IMG/VR virus record: IMGVR_UViG_3300036854_000037
Location: 1 to 61,708 of that record
Strand: one strand, 5' to 3'
Length of the DNA stretch: 61,708 nt
Source: a virus
Lineage: Duplodnaviria > Caudoviricetes
Shown: in pieces, positions 55,115 to 61,708 of the stretch
Numbering within the stretch: the stretch's first letter is position 1
Layout: every line of letters starts with the position of its first letter
Translations under genes and position numbers: made by a program
Notes under the pieces: model-generated
The model's database searches: none
Told to the model about the DNA's origin: nothing
Seen by the model: the letters and a program-made list of their open reading frames with translations, nothing else

Positions 55115-55590
55115 GGCCTACTCAACCCCGCAGTCAAAACGCGCTGTGCATCGAGTGCCCATCCGTTAACCTCACGCTTCATTGAGTCAATGGCTGCCTT
55201 GCGACTCTTGACCTTCCTAGCGTTTATAACCTGAACGGCAGCATAGGCAGCATCTGGCGGTTCCTTCGCAAGAGTGTCGATCAAATCATAGGCTTTCTGC
55301 CTGATCGGAGCCATGTCAGCCCGCAACCTGCGGCCAGCCTCCTGTGAGCGGGATGGACCAAATCGTTCGGCGCGCTGACGCGCTTGGTTGATCTGCGAGC
55401 GCAATTTATTGAGCTTGGAACCTACTCCTTTGCCACGGGCTACCGCTGCCTTGTTGCCCACAGGTTTGGTCTTACCACGCGCTCGACCCTCACCGGCCCA
55501 ACGTCCATCATCACCCCTAACCTCGTCGGGGTCGTACTCTGGATAACCCTTGCCTAGGATCGGGCGCATCTTAAATAGGTCTTGAGTCAT
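55108..55590 (-). CDS. KGYPE-tagged basic protein
   Basis: Leader MTQDLFKMRPILGK resembles the protease leader MSEDLFNVGPILGK. Confidence 0.75.
   Translation of the reverse strand: MTQDLFKMRPILGKGYPEYDPDEVRGDDGRWAGEGRARGKTKPVGNKAAVARGKGVGSKLNKLRSQINQARQRAERFGPSRSQEAGRRLRADMAPIRQKAYDLIDTLAKEPPDAAYAAVQVINARKVKSRKAAIDSMKREVNGWALDAQRVLTAGLSRPW
55498..55551 (-). repeat. KGYPE tag copy 6 (KGYPEYDPDEVRGDDGRW)
   Basis: Translated motif. Confidence 0.9.
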
Positions 55591-58271
55591 TCCAAGAACC
55601 TCTCACCCAAACGAGCAAACTTCTCCTGAGGCAACCTGTACCTAGCCGTGGTTCCAAGGAGTAGAAACTTGCCAAGGGTCAGTCTGCTACCAGACTTGCG
55701 AACCCTGTCATGTGTGAAACGAAGCGGGAGCGCTGAGTTAGGTAGCTCTTGGTTAAGATGGGCAAGGCGGAAAGCCAAGTCAGGACCACCAGACTTGAGG
55801 ATCACATCGCGCACATAGTCAACAGTCTCCTTGTCAAGGGAACCCTCACCATGTGCCGCGAGCAAACGTGTGTCCACCTCATAAGCAAGTTTCCGCACCT
55901 CGTTCTCATCGGCAAGCTCGAAACCAAGTCGCGGCCAGACGTATCCACCACAGACACCACCACTACAAAACGGATTTGCACCCGACTCGAAAGCTATCTT
56001 ACGAACCTCCTCCATGATAGACGACACCCAGCCCTTGGCAGTGCGAGTTCCACCTGAGAGGATGAGCTTGGACGTTTCACCATTGTTGTCGTACAGCTTC
56101 CACTGGTACATCCGGTCCTTGACGGTATCGAAGGCCAGCTCATTGACACCCTTGCCGAGGATGTAGGTTGGTACATAACGACCAAACGAGTTGCTCATTG
56201 CGCGACCGATGGCGCGGGTCGCTGCGATCTCAGGTGTCGTCTGAACGAATAGACCAGAAACCCGATAGCCGGCTTCCTCGAACGCATCCATCAAATCGGT
56301 AGAGGCATCAGGCGATCTCAACGTCGCGTCATGGATGATATTGAGCCCCAGCTCGCGACCTCTGTCCTCGAGTTCCGATGCGAGTTCAGATGCCTCCTCA
56401 TGGTAGAGCGATGAGTTCCACCCGTGATACCCAGGCAAACCATAGTCTGCGTCACCCGCCTTGAACTGCTTGTTGTCGCCGCGCAGATCATCGGCATTGA
56501 CATAGAGATACTTATCCATGTCAGGCACAAAACCCGACTCCATGAGTGATGTGGTCTTACCCGACCCAGGGCGACCTCCCATGATGATCAGTTGCGGGTC
56601 TTCGCCTTCCGCTGGCTTGGCGCGCTCCAACGCGTCCTCAAGGCGTAACTCGATAATACGCTCATGCAGTGCCTGACGATCGGCTGTCCACGTACCGTCA
56701 GGGTTCTTGAAGCCCCCTTCCGAGACGAGCGCATCTGTGTGAGGCAGCTTGGAGAGGCGCTTGTTGGTATCGCGAATGTAGGCGCGCTGTTTGGGTGTGA
56801 GGCTCCTCATGAATGCGCGCTGGGATGGCGTTGGCTTCTCCCTCAGATGTGACCCGAGGAGATCGCGCGCCTCGTGCCCAGGCCGCAACTCGCCACCCTC
56901 ACCACCAAGCCATCGACCGTCAGGACCGCGCGTCTGGCTTGGATTGTACTCTGGATAACCCTTGGTCAATCCATATCCAACAACTGTGAAGCGGTAAGTG
57001 TCACGATCCTCCTTGAACCAACCACCAAAGCCAGCGCGTACCCTACCTGTTCCATCGAAGCGCAATCGCAAGCCGCGAGGGAGGATGAGTTCGTCCTCCT
57101 TATAACCAGGTGTAAACATAATACGGTCTACAGCACGCCAGAATGCCTTACCAGGGCCGATAGGTGTTCCCTGAGGAACTGCAATTTCCATGAGTTGCCC
57201 AAACCCACTTGCATGCGCGACATCCGGTGTAGCTGATGTATAACCAGCATTAACCAAAAGATCACCCTCCTTAAGTCCGCCTAGAATATCACGACCAATT
57301 CTAAGATCGTCTCCCACTAGAGAATTAAAGCCGCGGTACACAATACCATCCCGCTTGGTCTTGTGTGCTGCTATAAAGGCATCAAGTGCCACCACGACTT
57401 CATCGCCTGTTTGACCCAAAGACTCACCATTGCGCAATCGTCGGTTGAGGGTCATCGAATACATGGTACCTAAGTAGTTATCCCGAATGGTATTATATTG
57501 CTGCTTTGTCCATGAACCTATTTTCTCCGCATCGTCCTGATGCAATAAGTTGGTGGGGCGGCCAGCGCCCCCCACCCAACGACCATGTTCATCCCGTGAC
57601 TGATCAGGGTTGTACTCTGGGTAGCCCTTGTTGACCTTGGGTGACAGGACGAAGTCGTAGTGGTAAGAGTTACGGAAAAGTTGCACCTTACCAACAAACT
57701 TCAACTCCGTGTCGCGGGGGAGGAGGATCTCAGCCTCATCCGACCGGTCGTCAAGGAACAGAGCACCTACGTGGACACCAGGTAAGAGAGTGATACGCAT
57801 GCTATTATCGCCGAAGGTGCTGATCACATCGGCATGAACAGACGTTGACATGAAGCCTTTGTCAACCACAGAGTCCCCAGGCGTCAGGCTGTCAAACATC
57901 TCCAACCGTTTAATATTGGTACCCGCTGCCCTGTAGACCACAACCGGCTCAGTTATAATGTAGGACTTGGTATACACATCGAGGTTTGCGACGTGTTCCT
58001 CGATTTTCTCCCTGTTCAGGGGAGAGGCAGGGACGCGGATACCTCTCAAGTAACTATTGACTATCATGTACCCAGACGTACCATAATTCTTGACCGATGC
58101 TCTAATAGCCTCGGAAGGACGCTGCAGCTCCTGGATCGCACCACCAAGTGTCAGATGGAAAGTATCAGGCGCATCCTCACGAGCCCAACGACCATCAGGT
58201 GCGCGCCACTCATCGGGATTGAATTCCGGGTAGCCCTTGAGGACCAGGAGCACCACTACTTCCTCACTCAA
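55587..58271 (-). CDS. Toxin-like polyprotein: ADP-ribosyltransferase, ADP-ribosyltransferase, zeta-toxin-like P-loop kinase and an unknown domain
   Basis: VYRA/FMSTS/EAEILLPR; VYRG/YTSAT/EDELILPR; MGGRPGSGKT/NADD/HEEAS/DATL. Confidence 0.85.
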   Translation of the reverse strand: MSEEVVVLLVLKGYPEFNPDEWRAPDGRWAREDAPDTFHLTLGGAIQELQRPSEAIRASVKNYGTSGYMIVNSYLRGIRVPASPLNREKIEEHVANLDVYTKSYIITEPVVVYRAAGTNIKRLEMFDSLTPGDSVVDKGFMSTSVHADVISTFGDNSMRITLLPGVHVGALFLDDRSDEAEILLPRDTELKFVGKVQLFRNSYHYDFVLSPKVNKGYPEYNPDQSRDEHGRWVGGAGRPTNLLHQDDAEKIGSWTKQQYNTIRDNYLGTMYSMTLNRRLRNGESLGQTGDEVVVALDAFIAAHKTKRDGIVYRGFNSLVGDDLRIGRDILGGLKEGDLLVNAGYTSATPDVAHASGFGQLMEIAVPQGTPIGPGKAFWRAVDRIMFTPGYKEDELILPRGLRLRFDGTGRVRAGFGGWFKEDRDTYRFTVVGYGLTKGYPEYNPSQTRGPDGRWLGGEGGELRPGHEARDLLGSHLREKPTPSQRAFMRSLTPKQRAYIRDTNKRLSKLPHTDALVSEGGFKNPDGTWTADRQALHERIIELRLEDALERAKPAEGEDPQLIIMGGRPGSGKTTSLMESGFVPDMDKYLYVNADDLRGDNKQFKAGDADYGLPGYHGWNSSLYHEEASELASELEDRGRELGLNIIHDATLRSPDASTDLMDAFEEAGYRVSGLFVQTTPEIAATRAIGRAMSNSFGRYVPTYILGKGVNELAFDTVKDRMYQWKLYDNNGETSKLILSGGTRTAKGWVSSIMEEVRKIAFESGANPFCSGGVCGGYVWPRLGFELADENEVRKLAYEVDTRLLAAHGEGSLDKETVDYVRDVILKSGGPDLAFRLAHLNQELPNSALPLRFTHDRVRKSGSRLTLGKFLLLGTTARYRLPQEKFARLGERFLE
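56910..56963 (-). repeat. KGYPE tag copy 7 (KGYPEYNPSQTRGPDGRW)
   Basis: Precedes the zeta-like domain. Confidence 0.9.
57576..57629 (-). repeat. KGYPE tag copy 8 (KGYPEYNPDQSRDEHGRW)
   Basis: Precedes the second ART domain. Confidence 0.9.
58185..58238 (-). repeat. KGYPE tag copy 9 ([18 protein letters not shown])
   Basis: Precedes the first ART domain. Confidence 0.9.
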
Positions 58272-58291
58272 AGTAGCCGTTGATCATAACG

Positions 58292-58618
58292 TCACCACGC
58301 CAAACCAGGTCCTGTGTATCCGTCGAAGGAGAATGAAGCGCCAGGCTTAAGAACGTGACCAGTGGTGCTGGTCACACCTGAAGTTGATCCTAGATAGACC
58401 TTGATGGATGCATCGTCGTTGGTAAGCTCGCCGAAAACCCTACCAGGGTTGCTCGCAACGACCAACTCAGCCGACGTGGAGAGAACATTCTGACCAACAG
58501 ATAGAGTGTTGCTAACCAGGTCGTCAGCCGGGCGCGTCTTCAGATTGCCGTCAGAATCTAGGTTTACAGCGACCGGGTTTTTGTTTGCCCTGTCATAGCC
58601 AAAAGTCAACCGCGTCAT
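58292..58618 (-). CDS. Small beta-rich virion-like protein
   Basis: GGAGGAG RBS; N..R..N....VYLG...V...G..L.PG pattern. Confidence 0.6.
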   Translation of the reverse strand: MTRLTFGYDRANKNPVAVNLDSDGNLKTRPADDLVSNTLSVGQNVLSTSAELVVASNPGRVFGELTNDDASIKVYLGSTSGVTSTTGHVLKPGASFSFDGYTGPGLAW

Positions 58619-58640
58619 GGTCTCCTCCCCCTAGCAGGGG

Positions 58641-58817
58641 CTACCCATCCTTAGGTTCAGTCTCACTTGCCTTCTTGGTAGCACGGATGATCTGCAGGCC
58701 CACCCCATCCTCAACGAAGCGGGATCGGCGGGTCATGTCATTGCGAGGGAGGCGCACGCGATCCTTCTTCTGCATCGCGTCGAATGCTTCCTTGAACGTC
58801 TTGTGCAACTTGGGCAT
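58641..58817 (-). CDS. 58-aa hypothetical protein (below the ORF-track cutoff)
   Basis: MPKLHKTFKEAFDAMQKK..EPKDG*; starts immediately after the ATP-grasp stop. Confidence 0.5.
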   Translation of the reverse strand: MPKLHKTFKEAFDAMQKKDRVRLPRNDMTRRSRFVEDGVGLQIIRATKKASETEPKDG

Positions 58818-58818
58818 C

Positions 58819-60081
58819 TCAGAACTCTATCCCGAACTCTGCCAACTTCTTGATCTCTGCCTGGGCCTCATCCAGCGCGTCGGGGTAGAGCTGAACGAGG
58901 TAGCCTTCAACCTTCTCAGCGATCTGCTTGACCTGTTTGACCACCTCATCCTGCGACTCGGCATAGGCAACGATGGCGCCGATCTCAGGCATGCCGGCCG
59001 GATCAGGGACAACATAGTACTTCCCGTCGACGACCGCCAGGTTGCGCAGCTTGACGTTCTCGCGCAGATCATCGGGGAACTCGATGGCTTGCCAGTTGCG
59101 CTCACCAGCCCAGGCAGAATGGATCAGCAGTTCAGCCGCCCACGTACCCTTGTAGGATGGTTCGACCAGCACACCATCAGCCCCTTCCCAGAGCACCTCT
59201 GCAATGTTCTCCATCATGAGACCGAACAACTCCGAGGGAGGTGAGCCGAAGCGCGCACAAGGATCGATGCTGTAGGCCGTTCCATCCTTGGGAATACGAA
59301 GTTCTGCCGACCAGAAATTACGATACTTGTACGCCTTCAAGACAGGTGCGAACCGGGCGTTGACATCACGCACCTGTTTGGGCAGACCAGCATAGGGCTT
59401 CACGCGCCCGACATACCCCTTGTCCTTGACCTCGATGCCATAAAGCGTCTGCTTGGGGAATTGACCATCGATGCAGTAGCCATCGTAGCCAACCTCGACC
59501 GCATCGTTGATTGCATCCTCGACGATGAACTCGATCTTGTTGCGCTTGGCGCCAAGCTTGTGACCCAGCTCGTCAAGGCGCGGTTCGATCAGCTTGTAGT
59601 TCTTGGAGTAGAACGTCTCCATATCACCACGCGTCGCGCTCACCTTGATGTACTGATCGTCGTTCTTCTTGAGGTAGGCGCGCAACGCATCGAGCCCTGT
59701 GACAACCTTGTAGGGGCCGATGGTGATACCAAGGTCCTTCTGCAGGTCCTTGCTGACAGACCTGTCCAATTCCAGGTCTTCCCCTCTCCGTGATCCCCAA
59801 ACCCGCTTGCCCATCTCAACGAGATGGGTCTGGAGGGCACCATCGTAGACATCAGGGAAGACGAACAGGTCGACGTAGGGGGCGACATCCCAGATGTTGG
59901 TGACGCGCTCGACCCCGTCGATGCCCTTGCCGATCCACAGCGGATTGCTGTTCGGATAGCTGCTTATCCAGGGGCAGTAGTAGTAGACCAGATCGAAGTC
60001 ATTGGCGAGGACGCTCGCTATCTCAACGAAGAGCCCGTTATCATAAACGAGCGCCTTCTTCCCTGGATACAACTTTGCCAT
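58819..60081 (-). CDS. PurD-like ATP-grasp ligase
   Basis: LELDR..SK, YIK, FIVE, EVG.DG, IDPCARFGSP. Confidence 0.72.
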   Translation of the reverse strand: MAKLYPGKKALVYDNGLFVEIASVLANDFDLVYYYCPWISSYPNSNPLWIGKGIDGVERVTNIWDVAPYVDLFVFPDVYDGALQTHLVEMGKRVWGSRRGEDLELDRSVSKDLQKDLGITIGPYKVVTGLDALRAYLKKNDDQYIKVSATRGDMETFYSKNYKLIEPRLDELGHKLGAKRNKIEFIVEDAINDAVEVGYDGYCIDGQFPKQTLYGIEVKDKGYVGRVKPYAGLPKQVRDVNARFAPVLKAYKYRNFWSAELRIPKDGTAYSIDPCARFGSPPSELFGLMMENIAEVLWEGADGVLVEPSYKGTWAAELLIHSAWAGERNWQAIEFPDDLRENVKLRNLAVVDGKYYVVPDPAGMPEIGAIVAYAESQDEVVKQVKQIAEKVEGYLVQLYPDALDEAQAEIKKLAEFGIEF

Positions 60082-60096
60082 CGCAGCCCCATCGGT

Positions 60097-60822
60097 TTAG
60101 TCCATGCCTGTATTCCAACCAGGCCGCACACCTGCATACCGTCCCCCTGTCGCTGCCTTGCGATAGACCCAACGAGCCATCAGGTAAAGAGCGGTTGCTG
60201 TCACAGCAGCACCATAAACTGTCATGACCACACCACCTGTGGCAAGGCCACCCAAGCCTGCGATGAGAAGTGCGTGGGTGCTGGTCAGCTCCTGCAATAC
60301 ATGGTCGGCAAACGAGGGCTCGTACCAAACCTTGCCGTCATAGCTGCGCATGGTGTCCCAGGTCTTCTGCGCCTCGCGCGACATACGATCGGATGCCGCC
60401 TGCCGCTCAGCCTCCGACTTGGATGTCAGCCCATCAACGTCGCGCTTGATACGATCGAGGCCACCCTTGACCCCATCGTACTTGGCCCCCATGGATTTCG
60501 ACCACTCAGGCCGGCGATTGCGCTCACTGGAACTAGATTCCATTGAGTCCATCCAGTCGAGCTTGGCTCGCAACCAATCAGCATTCACACGAGAGGGTGG
60601 CTTACGACCGAACTTGCGCTCGTACTCAGAAGCGAGTTTTGCACGCTCTCCAGGCTTGGCACGACCTTCGCTGATACCACCAACAGAACCACCAGACCAA
60701 CGTCCATCCTCACCCCGTGACTGGTCAGGGTTGTATTCAGGGTAGCCCTTGCTTAAGACTGTCAGCAACCCATCGATGCGAGCGTCGAGGTCCGCCACAT
60801 CCTTCCACAGAGTCTGTCTCAT
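60097..60822 (-). CDS. KGYPE-tagged protein with hydrophobic C-terminal hairpin
   Basis: ATGA-coupled start MRQTLWK at 60822; ALLIAGLGGLATGGVVMTVYGAAVTATALYL. Confidence 0.72.
   Translation of the reverse strand: MRQTLWKDVADLDARIDGLLTVLSKGYPEYNPDQSRGEDGRWSGGSVGGISEGRAKPGERAKLASEYERKFGRKPPSRVNADWLRAKLDWMDSMESSSSERNRRPEWSKSMGAKYDGVKGGLDRIKRDVDGLTSKSEAERQAASDRMSREAQKTWDTMRSYDGKVWYEPSFADHVLQELTSTHALLIAGLGGLATGGVVMTVYGAAVTATALYLMARWVYRKAATGGRYAGVRPGWNTGMD
60697..60750 (-). repeat. KGYPE tag copy 10 (KGYPEYNPDQSRGEDGRW)
   Basis: Translated motif; 50/54 nt identical to copy 3. Confidence 0.9.
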
Positions 60823-61424
60823 GGCACCAAAACCTTGAGCGCGCCACCAATCGCCCGACCCAACGAGTCGACCGCCATCGGGATGGCCACTGATGCAACA
60901 GCGATGACGATAGCCGACAGGAACAGCGCAAACCATACCTTCTGCATGGTCTCCACTGTGTCACGAGATGGCAAGCCGATCCTCGCGTTGGCGACATCCA
61001 CAGATCGCATGACAGCGTCGCGGGAGTCAGCGGGCACACCTTGCTTGATCAGATGCTCCCTGATGGCAGCAGCGATCTGACGGCGTTGGGGTCCGATCTT
61101 GCGCTTGCCCTCGAGTGTTATCTCGCGAGGGGCTGAGGCGCCACCAGAGGTCCACTCACCCGACTGTGTGCGCGCCTCATCGGGATTGAATTCCGGGTAG
61201 CCCTTCTTCGTTTCTGTGGCCACCCGCTTGATCATGGGCATCAAGGCCGCCACAACGGCCTCTGCAGCGTTCTTGCGATGCTCCGTAGGGAGTGCCCGTA
61301 TGGCGCGAGCAACGCCCTGAGCGGCCCGCGCTGACGCAGCAATCGCCGTTCTGATGTCAGCGTCGGGGCTGCGCACCTTGTAAACGGGTGCACCGGACAG
61401 CACAACGACGCTCAAGCCGGTCAT
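60819..61424 (-). CDS. KGYPE-tagged protein with C-terminal TM helix
   Basis: [23 protein letters not shown]. Confidence 0.72.
   Translation of the reverse strand: MTGLSVVVLSGAPVYKVRSPDADIRTAIAASARAAQGVARAIRALPTEHRKNAAEAVVAALMPMIKRVATETKKGYPEFNPDEARTQSGEWTSGGASAPREITLEGKRKIGPQRRQIAAAIREHLIKQGVPADSRDAVMRSVDVANARIGLPSRDTVETMQKVWFALFLSAIVIAVASVAIPMAVDSLGRAIGGALKVLVP
61152..61205 (-). repeat. KGYPE tag copy 11 ([18 protein letters not shown])
   Basis: Translated motif. Confidence 0.88.
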
Positions 61425-61591
61425 TTGGGCTTGTCCTTCTTACCCAGCTTCGCCTTGAGTCCTTCAACCCAGGCCTTGCGGCGCTTGAGATAGTCATCCG
61501 AGTAGCTGGCATCAACGACCTTCGGGTCCAGCACCTCACCTTCGTTGATGAAGTCGGCGGCGTGCAGGTCGCCATGCTTGTGCCTTGCCAT
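61421..61591 (-). CDS. Small hypothetical protein
   Basis: AGGA RBS; ATGA-coupled to the next gene. Confidence 0.5.
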   Translation of the reverse strand: MARHKHGDLHAADFINEGEVLDPKVVDASYSDDYLKRRKAWVEGLKAKLGKKDKPK

Positions 61592-61708
61592 GGTCCTTGT
61601 CCTCACTTCCTGTTGCGGGACATCGCTCCCCGACCTGTGAAGCTACCGGAATTGATACCGCGTACATCACGCGCGAACTGATCGGCTGAGGTAGGCTTGC
61701 TCGCCCGG

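Larger units (their letters stand above)
1..61708. mobile_element. Tailed dsDNA bacteriophage genome segment (siphovirus-like, probable alphaproteobacterial host)
   Basis: Contiguous phage replication, lysis, tail, neck and head genes in two converging blocks; no host housekeeping synteny; no sheath gene. Confidence 0.97.

Noticed and set aside
58819-60081. Auxiliary metabolic gene purD
   Set aside because: Lacks the PurD substrate-binding N-terminal motif, so no gene symbol is assigned.
53100-61205. KGYPE DNA repeats as a CRISPR array or DGR template/variable repeats
   Set aside because: Copies are in-frame coding, irregularly spaced by hundreds of bp to kb, and differ largely at synonymous sites. 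No cas or reverse transcriptase gene is present.
1-61708. tRNA/rRNA genes, integrase/att sites, terminase and portal
   Set aside because: None recognised in the short intergenic gaps or ORFs. Lifestyle and packaging strategy cannot be determined from this window.

Overview
The whole window is a fragment of a tailed dsDNA phage genome. It looks like a siphovirus (tube, tape measure and J-type tip, no sheath). The host is probably an alphaproteobacterium, judging from a GcrA-like domain, an Omp25/RopB-like beta-barrel and a B12-dependent NrdJ. Positions 1-12.3 kb (+ strand) are a replication/recombination module: UDG-fused PolA, DnaX-like clamp loader, UvsY, gp32-like SSB, RecA, resolvase and SbcCD-like nuclease. 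Positions 12.4-61.7 kb (- strand) are the late region: lysis, tail, neck, capsid, scaffold, XkdF-type protease, MuF, an ~8.7 kb glycosyltransferase/methyltransferase cluster, NrdJ and accessory head-region genes. Terminase, portal and integrase are not in the window. The most striking unexplained signal is an 18-aa tag, K-G-Y-P-E-[YF]-x5-R-x3-G-[RKE]-W. It occurs 11 times in 8 otherwise unrelated late ORFs, plus a KFNPYHD..GKF variant at the scaffold N-terminus. In 10 of 11 copies a hydrophobic residue sits two positions before the Lys. The tag precedes every enzymatic module of two polyproteins (ART-ART-zeta kinase; two HEXXH proteases), three membrane proteins, a ChaB fusion and the prohead protease itself. 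I infer a protease-processed, capsid-packaged and shufflable effector-cargo system. Also notable: an 83-bp structured direct repeat bracketing the scaffold-cement-capsid genes, a split prohead protease, a hidden -1 frameshift tail-chaperone ORF, and steric-gate substitutions in the polymerase. All calls come from reading motifs by eye; no database searches were run.
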